Source of the DNA: Aridibacter famidurans
GTDB lineage: Bacteria > Acidobacteriota > Blastocatellia > Pyrinomonadales > Pyrinomonadaceae
DNA: 64,000 nt
Reading direction: 5' to 3'
NCBI GenBank assembly: GCA_024103495.1
Contig: JAGFIQ010000171.1
Coordinates: 1,439-65,438, forward strand
Every line of letters begins with the position of its first letter. Within the stretch, counting starts at the first letter, position 1. Shown one piece after another: positions 27,917 through 35,676 of this stretch. The notes under the pieces were generated by a model. It saw only the letters and a list, made by a program, of their open reading frames with translations, did not search any database and was not told where the DNA came from. The position numbers and the translations under genes are program-made.

Positions 27917-28145
27917 AGACAGGAATCGGAACCCGGAGGGCGAGCGACGGGAGACGGGGGATGTGAGACCGCTTCGCCCCGAAGGGGCGACGGATGGTTG
28001 CCCGGGGCAAGCCGAAGGCGCAGCCCCGGGTAAAAGGTCGCCTTCGACACGCACGCCGGAGGCGTGCCGCCTGATCCGGGCACGGGCGAAGCCAGGAGAC
28101 GGAGAACCGAAAACTGAAGACCGAAGGCCGTCACATTTACGTGAT

Positions 28146-28221
28146 ACTCATTACTCGTTACTCATAACTCATCACTCGTCACTCGTCACGCGTAACTCAT
28201 CACTCGTTACTCATCACTCAC
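28146..28221. repeat. heptamer array (TCACTCG/TTACTCA-type, ~11 units) ending 3 nt before the YpdA-like start codon
   Basis: actcatt actcgtt actcata actcatc actcgtc actcgtc acgcgta actcatc actcgtt actcatc actca. Confidence 0.85.
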
Positions 28222-28224
28222 AAG

Positions 28225-29205
28225 ATGCTAGACCTTTTGATCATAGGCGCGGGACCGGCGGGAATCTCCGCCGCGTGGGAAGCGAAGAAAGCAGGGCTCG
28301 ATTACCTGGTCATCGAGAAGGGCCTGATCGGCAACACGATCTACAACTACCCAGTAGGTCTGACCGTGTTCTCGACCCCGGACGAGCTCGAATTCCGCGA
28401 AGGCGATCTAGATCCCGCGCGGGACAAGCCTACACGCGAAGAGCTCCTCTCTTACTACGTCCGGTTCGTTATAGAGAACGATCTGAAGGTCCGGACCGAG
28501 GAAACCGTCCTCGGCGTGTCTAAGACCGGAGAAGGGTTCGAGATCAAAACCGACACCGACGCTTACCGATCCGCAAACGTGCTTTTCGCCTCAGGGGCGA
28601 TGGACTATCCGCGCAAACTTGGCGTGCCGGGCGAAGACCTTCCGAAGGTTTCCCATCATTTTCGCGAGACTTATCCCTGGGTAAGAAAAAAGGCCCTGGT
28701 TGTCGGCGGAGGTAATTCGGCCGGCGAGGCCGCGCTGTTCCTCGCCGGCGAAGGCGCCGAAGCGACGCTCGCGATCTTCCGCGAGGACTGGGAGAACACC
28801 GACCCGAAACAGGGGTGTATCAAATACTGGGTCAAGAATCCTCTGGAAGAGCAGCTTGAAAAGCGATGCCTTCAGCTGTTCTTTCTCGGCGAGGTTGTCG
28901 AGATTCGAAACGACAGTGTCGTGCTTGAAGATGAGGACGGAAAGCGATGCGAACTTGAGAACGACGTGGTCTTTGTCCTGATCGGGTCGGACGCGGACCT
29001 ATCGATGCTGAAGTCGCTGGGGGTTGGAACGGAAGAAGGGAAATACGGCGAGGTTCCGGTCTATGACGACGCGACTTTCGAAACGAACGTCCCGGGGATC
29101 TTCGTCGCGGGGCATTTCACGCGGCACCGCCACATCAAACCCGCGATCGAGGCCGCAAAAAAGGTCGTTCCGGCGATTGCCAAGCGAGTTGAGCGAGTTG
29201 GGTGA
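28225..29205 (+). CDS. NAD(P)/FAD-dependent oxidoreductase, YpdA (putative bacillithiol-disulfide reductase)-like
   Basis: IIGAGPAGISAA and VVGGGNSAGEAA dinucleotide folds, with no CxxC. It resembles YpdA-type TrxB relatives. The stop codon lies inside a heptamer array. Confidence 0.78.
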   Translation: MLDLLIIGAGPAGISAAWEAKKAGLDYLVIEKGLIGNTIYNYPVGLTVFSTPDELEFREGDLDPARDKPTREELLSYYVRFVIENDLKVRTEETVLGVSKTGEGFEIKTDTDAYRSANVLFASGAMDYPRKLGVPGEDLPKVSHHFRETYPWVRKKALVVGGGNSAGEAALFLAGEGAEATLAIFREDWENTDPKQGCIKYWVKNPLEEQLEKRCLQLFFLGEVVEIRNDSVVLEDEDGKRCELENDVVFVLIGSDADLSMLKSLGVGTEEGKYGEVPVYDDATFETNVPGIFVAGHFTRHRHIKPAIEAAKKVVPAIAKRVERVG

Positions 29206-29290
29206 GTTGGCTGAGTTAGCCGGGTTCGGAGAGTTGGCCGGGTTTGCTGAGTCTGGCGAGTTCGCTGGGTCTGCAGAGTTTGGCCAGTCT
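29184..29290. repeat. heptamer array (GAGTTGN-type, ~15 units) containing the YpdA-like stop codon
   Basis: gcgagttgagcgagttgggtgagttggctgagttagccgggttcggagagttggccgggtttgctgagtctggcgagttcgctgggtctgcagagtttggccag; the TGA is at 29203-29205. Confidence 0.85.
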
Positions 29291-29375
29291 TTCAGTCTTG
29301 ATTGGATTGTTCGCGGCTTCGATCACCGAGACCGGCGCCATATGTTAATAGGCTTAAGGCATTTTGCGGGTCGCC

Positions 29376-29662
29376 GGGGGCTGTCTCAAAAGGCACTTTC
29401 GTGTCGGTTTACATTCGCGCGGGATGGCCTGACTTCCTTATATACGAAAGATCAGTTGCCCTCGCTTTAGCGGGGGGCTTCTGTGTGCACCCTAACCTGA
29501 AAAGGGCTTCAGCCCCAAAACAGCCGGCTAAAGCCGGCGATCTATCTAAGGGAGTCCCTCTTTATCCCCCCGTTGAAACGGGGGGCAACTGATATAGTTT
29601 GCCCTCAGAATTATGCTCACCGGGTCCGGGCACGAAGAGGCACTCTAATTGAGACAGCCCCC
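29376..29662. other. 287-bp element bounded by perfect 14-bp inverted repeats with nested internal helices (candidate structured ncRNA or MITE)
   Basis: GGGGGCTGTCTCAA (29376-29389) pairs with TTGAGACAGCCCCC (29649-29662). An inner 13-bp helix pairs atcagttgccctc (29451-29463) with gggggcaactgat (29581-29593). Small hairpins include gccggc-taaa-gccggc (29523-29538) and cccccg-ttgaaa-cggggg. Confidence 0.5.
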
Positions 29663-29737
29663 AAATGCCTGTAGGCCCGAGTACGGAACGCCCGCGGTTC
29701 AAGAGGACGCTCGGGGTCTACAGGCCGTTCGTAGGAG

Positions 29738-30565
29738 TCAGGCGACCTTTACCGGCATCCGTCCGTTTCCGTTGGTCCGACCGTCTGTCCCGGGAGACGC
29801 GAGATCTTTAACCGACAGGCTCGAGTAGCACGAGCAGGCGCGTTCGATCATCGCGGCCGGTTCCTTGACGTGGACCGTTCCGCGGCTGTAGGCGACGACG
29901 CCCGCTTTTCTGAGTTCCTGCATCGCGAGCGTGACGCTCGGCCGGTGAACCCCGAGGAAGAACGACACCTGCTCCTGAGTGAACGGCAGGGAGTCGATCC
30001 CGCACCGATCCCGGACAAGCATCAGCCAGAGACACAACCTCTCTTCGACCGAGTGGTAGTTGTTGCAAATCACCCTTCTGGAGATTCTGTCAAGATTCTC
30101 ATTGAAATAGTCGAAGAACGCGCTTCTGCACCCGCTCATCCGATCCGCCGCGTTGCGTAGGAAAGCGGCATCGATCCGTATTGCCTCGCCGCCGACCAGA
30201 ACCTCCGAAAACTCCTTTGACACGCCCGGCCTGAATGCGGCCTGGATCCCGAGCGCGCCTTCGCGGCCCGTCATCGCGATCTCTGCCGTCTTGCCGTCCT
30301 TGAGAATCTGAAAGTGTGAAACGACCGCGCCGACGGGAAAGTCGACAAAAGGAACATCCTCGCCGGGTCTCGCGATAGTGTCTCCACTCCGGAGCTCGAC
30401 CCGCTCCGAACGCGAGAGAAGTGTGCGAAGATCTGTCGGATCAAGCCGGTCGAGGATCCCGTTGCCGGAGCGGGCGACTTTCGTGTCCAGTGCGCTTGCG
30501 GCCTTGAAATTCGCAGGTTGTGCAGCTGTTCTTGTTGTTGTTCGGTACATATGTGCTTGTCTCAT
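29738..30565 (-). CDS. Crp/Fnr family transcriptional regulator
   Basis: cNMP-binding beta-barrel region followed by a C-terminal HTH (QEQVSFFLGVHRPSVTLAMQELRKAGVV). The exact start is uncertain. Confidence 0.8.
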   Translation of the reverse strand: MRQAHMYRTTTRTAAQPANFKAASALDTKVARSGNGILDRLDPTDLRTLLSRSERVELRSGDTIARPGEDVPFVDFPVGAVVSHFQILKDGKTAEIAMTGREGALGIQAAFRPGVSKEFSEVLVGGEAIRIDAAFLRNAADRMSGCRSAFFDYFNENLDRISRRVICNNYHSVEERLCLWLMLVRDRCGIDSLPFTQEQVSFFLGVHRPSVTLAMQELRKAGVVAYSRGTVHVKEPAAMIERACSCYSSLSVKDLASPGTDGRTNGNGRMPVKVA

Positions 30566-31092
30566 TATCGTTATGAATCCTTCCTTGAAGGCCGCCGGCT
30601 TGTGCCGTCGCTAAAGCGGCTGAGTATGAACGGGCCGCGCCCACCGTGGGTTCCGCTTCGCTCCACCCCCGGCTAAATACAGCTCGTCGCTGCGCGACTA
30701 AAGAAGCTGATCCCGTCGTCTGGGTTCCGTGATCTTCGCTTTGATCATTGAGAGCGGGGCGCGTGCCCCCTCACGTTCGTGTATCGAATCGATGCTTTAG
30801 CGGGAGTGCCAATGTAACGTTTCGATTCAGATACGGGCCAACTTCTCCCATCAATCTACATATGGCCCTTTGAAACCCGTGTTGTTATGTCAATCTGCGT
30901 ATTCTTGCCCGTTACACACTGCAAACACGGTTCCGCAGGGATTTATTCAGTAATCAACCCGACAGACTATTCGCACTCCGAAGCCCCACAATTAGAGGGA
31001 CTTCGCAAAGACGCGGGCCTATGAAGCCCTTGCAGCGGAGCAAACGGATTCAAACGAACGAAGGGAAGTCAGGAGCAAGGAGGAATTTAACG

Positions 31093-31914
31093 ATGGCAAA
31101 TAATTACGGATATTTCAGACCCGGATACGAACGGGGAGGCCGAGGCTTTCTCAGAGGTCCGGGATCAGACAGACGATTCAGAACACCGCAGGCGCGTTAC
31201 TTCTATCACTACGGACAGCCCGACATCGGAGGTTACGACTACGATCTGCTCTATGACCTTGTCAGGAGCGATATGTACAACAGCCGTGTCTCGCCGGAAT
31301 ACCCGGGACCGTACGGGCCCAGAAGGGCATTCCACGGAGATTTCGATTTCGATCCGGCACGCGATCGCCGAGGTAGTTCGGCATTCGGACCCGAAACCGG
31401 CCGATATGAACGGATGGGATTCCGGAGAGAGCCGGCGTACACAGGCGACGATTACAAACGCGGCTATGATCGCGGCTACCTCGAGGATTTCGACTACGAC
31501 CGGGAAGGCCGTATGTGGTGGAACCGTGCGAGTGACGAGATCGCTTCGTGGTTTGGCGATGATGAGGCACAAAGGAGAAGAGAACTCGATGCGTATTTCG
31601 ACGGTAACCGAGGCAAGGGGCCGAGGTCGTACATTAGATCCGACGAGCGTATCTCGGAGGACGTGAACGACCTCCTGACCGACGACTATTACGTCGATGC
31701 TTCGGAGATCGAGGTCAACGTCGAAGACGGTTCGGTCACGCTCGAAGGCAAGATCCCGAACCGGCTCGAGAAGCGAAGAGCCGAGGACCTGGCGCTGTGC
31801 GTCTCGGGAGTTAAAGAAGTCAAGGACCGTTTGCGGCTCGATGATTCATTTTACAAATATGGCGAACGCGCCGAAGAGCAGGCTGCCGACAAGGCATCCG
31901 CAAGGTCGGCGTGA
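31093..31914 (+). CDS. BON domain protein with an R/G/Y/D-rich disordered N-terminus and SWFGD motif
   Basis: C-terminal BON domain (ASEIEVNVEDGSVTLEGKIPNRLEKRRAEDLALCVSGVKEVKDRLRL) and SWFGDDEA. I set the start at ATG 31093 because AAGGAGG lies 8 nt upstream; the track ORF begins at 31021. Confidence 0.75.
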   Translation: MANNYGYFRPGYERGGRGFLRGPGSDRRFRTPQARYFYHYGQPDIGGYDYDLLYDLVRSDMYNSRVSPEYPGPYGPRRAFHGDFDFDPARDRRGSSAFGPETGRYERMGFRREPAYTGDDYKRGYDRGYLEDFDYDREGRMWWNRASDEIASWFGDDEAQRRRELDAYFDGNRGKGPRSYIRSDERISEDVNDLLTDDYYVDASEIEVNVEDGSVTLEGKIPNRLEKRRAEDLALCVSGVKEVKDRLRLDDSFYKYGERAEEQAADKASARSA

Positions 31915-31929
31915 GACGCGGGAGGAACA

Positions 31930-32193
31930 ATGGCAAACAAAGCGATAAAAGAACATATGAAGGTACTGTCTTCGGACGGCCGCCGCATCGGCAAGGTGGA
32001 TTGCGTCGATACGAACGAGATCATCCTTGCCAAGAGCGGACACAAGTCTGGCGGCAAACATCACGCGATCCCGCTTGCCTGGGTCACTTCCGTTGATAAT
32101 GAGGCGGTCAAGCTGAACCAGCCGCAGGACATCGTGATTGAGAACTGGATCGATGCCGAGCCCAGAAGCAAGGGCTCGGATCCGGTCTGCTGA
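31930..32193 (+). CDS. DUF2171 (PRC-barrel-like) domain protein
   Basis: 87 aa; HMKVLSSDGRRIGKVD...HHAIPLAWV matches my memory of DUF2171. GGGAGGA lies upstream. Confidence 0.65.
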   Translation: MANKAIKEHMKVLSSDGRRIGKVDCVDTNEIILAKSGHKSGGKHHAIPLAWVTSVDNEAVKLNQPQDIVIENWIDAEPRSKGSDPVC

Positions 32194-32205
32194 ACGGAGA
32201 CCGAG

Positions 32206-32547
32206 ATGGCAATAAAGACGATCGATCGGGAAACGCTGAAGGAAGCGATCGACAGGGGTGAAGACTTCACGCTTGTCGAAACGCTTGCGAAAACCACGTA
32301 CGAACACGCGCACCTTCCGGGCGCGATCAACATTCCGCCGGACAAGTTGCGGGAGCTGGCTCCCGAGCGGCTTCCGGACAAGGACGAACGAGTGATCGTT
32401 TACTGTTCCAAGCCCAGTTGAACGGCTTCGGAGGAATCCGCCCGTGAACTGGCGGAGATGGGCTACACGAACGTTGTTGAATATGAGGGTGGAAAGCAGG
32501 ACTGGATAGACGGTGGATTTCCGATCGAATCAGATCACGGGCACTGA
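32206..32547 (+). CDS. single-domain rhodanese-like sulfurtransferase interrupted by in-frame TGA at 32419-32421 (candidate selenocysteine codon; alternatively a nonsense pseudogene)
   Basis: The track ORF ends at ...DERVIVYCSKPS-TGA. The same frame continues TASEESARELAEMGYTNVVEYEGGKQDWIDGGFPIESDHGH to TGA 32545-32547, which supplies the missing C-terminal half of the rhodanese fold. A hairpin 32437-32456 lies 16 nt after the TGA. Confidence 0.6.
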
Positions 32548-32590
32548 GAAAGGAGACGGGAGACAGGAGACAGGAGACAAGAGACAGAAG
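32546..32590. repeat. heptamer array (GGAGACA-type) overlapping the final rhodanese stop codon
   Basis: gagaaaggagacgggagacaggagacaggagacaagagacagaag. Confidence 0.8.
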
Positions 32591-32800
32591 TCAGATGCAG
32601 ACGTTGATGAGCCGCGTAGCGGCGAGCTGCATTTAACCGTGGGCAAGCGCGACAGCGCGGAGCCCACGGGAAAAGTCGGAATGTTGTTTACGCATCGCAA
32701 AGCGATTGCGTGAAATCCTCGAAAACAAGGTGTCCAAATGAGTTGCGCGGTTGCTACGTGATCAATGAAGTGTATCGGTAGCGCGAGCCTCGGAACCTGT

Positions 32801-32835
32801 TGACCATTGATCAATGCACAATGACCAATGACAGG
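32801..32835. repeat. heptamer array (TGACCAA/TGATCAA-type)
   Basis: tgaccat tgatcaa tgcacaa tgaccaa tgacagg. A related array, ttggtcaatggtcaatgatc, lies at 12168-12188 in the opposite orientation. Confidence 0.7.
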
Positions 32836-32984
32836 TGCCCCGGAAGCCGTAGACAGGACATCCGGGGCGTTTGTTCGCCTTCGGGAGAGTATTCGACCTA
32901 ACAGAGATCATCGCCGAAATTCGACACAATATAAGAAATGATAGCCGTGCATGTGACGCGGCACTGCAGTAACAGGAGAGAACA

Positions 32985-34301
32985 ATGAATAACAGAATAT
33001 TAAAAACTATCGCAGGCCTTGCCGCGATGGCCCTTGTTCTGGCAATGGCGGTACCGTCATTCGCACAGGACGAGGATCGCGAGGAGGGTCTGGAAGAAAT
33101 TAGAGAGGCGGACAAGGTCTTTTCAGAAATAATGTCCAAACCTGACAAGGCGATCCCCAGGGAACTGCTTGAGAACGCTACCGCGATCGGCATCTTCCCC
33201 GATGTTGTCAAGGCGGCGTTCATCGTCGGCGGAAGCGGCGGTGACGGCATCGTCGTTCGCAGGGATGCAAACGGAAACTGGGCGACGCCGGCATTCTACG
33301 ACATTTCAGGCGCAAGCTTTGGAGCGCAGATCGGCGCCAAATCGACCGATTACATAATGTTGTTTATGAACGAAGACGCCTTGATGGAGCTTGAAGACGA
33401 CAAGCTCGAGTTTGGCGGAAACGTAAGTTTTGCGGCCGGACCGGTGGGACGGACTGCCGGAGCTTCAACGAACGCCACTCTGGATTCCGGGATCCTGACC
33501 TGGTCGAGAAGTGAAGGCGCGTTTGTCGGAGCATCGCTCAAGGGAGCGGTACTTACGGCCGATAACGATATTAACCGCGCGTTCTACAATGCCCGCGGCG
33601 GAGACGTGCTAAAGAGCAAGAAGATGATGGCGACGGGCAGTGCAGCAAGCGAGATCGCCGATCTCAGGAACACCCTTAAGATGTACGGGGGAACATCGAC
33701 AACCAATTCGATGAACCGCGACGCGAACTCGCCGAACACGGAGGTAGCGTTCCGCAACTCGAATATGAACCGCTACGTCCGTTACGAGCCTTTCGACAAC
33801 ACGATGAGGCCCGTTAGCGAAAACGTCGACATGGCGTCGATTCAGGTGCTCGCCAGAAGGGTCCGGAACGAGCTTCTGACGCTTCCTTACTATTCGGTCT
33901 TTGACTGGATCGAGTTCGAGATCGACCCCAACGGCGTCGTTACGCTGATGGGCAAGGTGACCACTCCGCCCGACACCAAGTCGCGCGCAGCGGCATATGT
34001 CGAGGATGTTGAAGGAGTAACGGGAGTGGTCAACCGGATCGAGGTACTTCCGCTTTCATCAAGCGACGATCGGCTCAGAAGGGCACTTTACCGAGAGATC
34101 TATTCCGGAACGCTCTTCAGATACCAGGTCGGATCGCTTCAGAACATCCACATCATCGTGGACAATGGTCGGGTGACGCTCCAGGGCGTAGTCGATAATG
34201 CGGCGGACAAGAACGTCGCGGGTGTCCGCGCCAATTCGGTCCCCGGCATTTTCAGCGTGACTAACAATCTCGCTGTGAGGCCCGATACGGAACCGCGCTA
34301 G
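32985..34301 (+). CDS. secreted SYLF (Ysc84/DUF500) lipid-binding domain protein fused to two C-terminal BON domains
   Basis: Signal peptide, SYLF core (AIGIFPDVVKAAFIVGG...FGAQIG...AAGPVGR) and two BON-like segments (VVTLMGKVTTP...VNRIEV and RVTLQGVVDN...VTNNLAV). Confidence 0.75.
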   Translation: MNNRILKTIAGLAAMALVLAMAVPSFAQDEDREEGLEEIREADKVFSEIMSKPDKAIPRELLENATAIGIFPDVVKAAFIVGGSGGDGIVVRRDANGNWATPAFYDISGASFGAQIGAKSTDYIMLFMNEDALMELEDDKLEFGGNVSFAAGPVGRTAGASTNATLDSGILTWSRSEGAFVGASLKGAVLTADNDINRAFYNARGGDVLKSKKMMATGSAASEIADLRNTLKMYGGTSTTNSMNRDANSPNTEVAFRNSNMNRYVRYEPFDNTMRPVSENVDMASIQVLARRVRNELLTLPYYSVFDWIEFEIDPNGVVTLMGKVTTPPDTKSRAAAYVEDVEGVTGVVNRIEVLPLSSSDDRLRRALYREIYSGTLFRYQVGSLQNIHIIVDNGRVTLQGVVDNAADKNVAGVRANSVPGIFSVTNNLAVRPDTEPR

Positions 34302-34329
34302 CCTAAACTAGAAGAACAAAACGCAAAAC

Positions 34330-34362
34330 GGCCGCCTCCGGAAAAGAGGCGGCCATTTTTTT
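34330..34362 (+). terminator. Rho-independent terminator after the SYLF-BON gene
   Basis: ggccgcctc-cggaaaa-gaggcggcc followed by attttttt. Confidence 0.75.
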
Positions 34363-34375
34363 CACCTGCTTAGGA

Positions 34376-35518
34376 CTAATTGCCCTTAGGCTTCGCTTTC
34401 CGCACGAACACCTTTTCATTGCCGAACCTTTCGGCGATGTTCGCGGGGTTGATCTCGAACGAGGTCACGTCGAAGATGCGGCTCTGTTTGCCGGCAACCG
34501 ACTCGGACCAGCGGTGCGGAAGCACCAGGCCGTCGACCGTGCGGAAGTCGGAGAACCTGATCTGGTGCTCGACCGGCTCCGCCATCTTGCGCTTCATCTC
34601 GATCAGATCGGCCTTCACAACCTCTTCATTCCCGTGCTTGCGGAAGACGAACGTGTTGTGGCCCGAGTAGGTGATCATCCTTGGAAGATTCGTCGAAGCG
34701 TCCAGATAGAGCTTGAACGAGCTCGATCGCGAGGAAACCTCGATGATGTTTGCGGGATATCCGTCGACATCACCCTCACCAATGAACTTGTAACCCACGT
34801 CCATTCCTTCGGGAGCCGACATCAGGAGAGCCATCGTGGTCCTCAGCATTTCGCCGCCGGAACTTCGGTGCATGAAGTGCGGGCCGCTTGATTCGATGAC
34901 GACCGTCTTGCCGTCATCCGTTTTCCATTCGGAAACATCTCCCGTGTCATTCTTTTCAAGAACGATCCTGTGCTTGGCGTCGGCCGGGAGTTCCGTGACG
35001 GTTCCGTCATCCTTGCGGATGACGATCTTGCCGCCTTCCTTCGTGACGTCGACGTTCTCGTCAGATTTCCATTCGACGTTTCCGGCGTCGCCCTTGCGGA
35101 CGATGAAGACTTCCTTGTTCCCTTCCGGCAACTCGACCGAGGTATCCGCGCCGTCGCCGGACTTCTCGAACACCATCACGTCAACCTTCTTGTGGACGTC
35201 GCCGCCGGCAGCTGCGTTCGAATCGCCGATCTTGATCGTCTTGTTGAACTTGCCCGGGAATTCGAAGTTGATCTCGGACGTCCCGAGTTCGGTCGTCGGA
35301 ATGCCTTCCTTCTCAAAGAAATTGGTAGTGGTGCCGACGATCGTCATGCTCCGGACGCCGCGCAGGCTGTCCTCGCCGCCGATCGCCTGGCGCGCCGCGT
35401 TCACAAGAGCAAGCGCCTTGTCGTCGGACCTGAACTTCGCGCCGGCCTGCTCGATGATCGAACCGAGTCCCAGGAAAAATACCGAAGCGAAGACTATCGA
35501 AGTAACGAATCTTTTCAT
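34376..35518 (-). CDS. hypothetical secreted protein
   Basis: I chose the start at MKRFVTSIVFASVFFLGLGS (signal peptide) rather than the longer track ORF. It is beta-rich, and I recognise no family (possibly a LolA-like fold). Confidence 0.55.
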   Translation of the reverse strand: MKRFVTSIVFASVFFLGLGSIIEQAGAKFRSDDKALALVNAARQAIGGEDSLRGVRSMTIVGTTTNFFEKEGIPTTELGTSEINFEFPGKFNKTIKIGDSNAAAGGDVHKKVDVMVFEKSGDGADTSVELPEGNKEVFIVRKGDAGNVEWKSDENVDVTKEGGKIVIRKDDGTVTELPADAKHRIVLEKNDTGDVSEWKTDDGKTVVIESSGPHFMHRSSGGEMLRTTMALLMSAPEGMDVGYKFIGEGDVDGYPANIIEVSSRSSSFKLYLDASTNLPRMITYSGHNTFVFRKHGNEEVVKADLIEMKRKMAEPVEHQIRFSDFRTVDGLVLPHRWSESVAGKQSRIFDVTSFEINPANIAERFGNEKVFVRKAKPKGN

Positions 35519-35676
35519 TTGTGCCTCCAGTGAATTATTTGATCTTAAATGACATCGTCGAGTATCGCATCCGCCGGAAGGGCATTGATTAAGAGAAAGC
35601 AAAGAAAATGTTAAGAATGTAAAAACTGGCTCCGGCGGCCTGACAGGCCTTTTTTTCGTGCTAGTATTTTTTTGGA

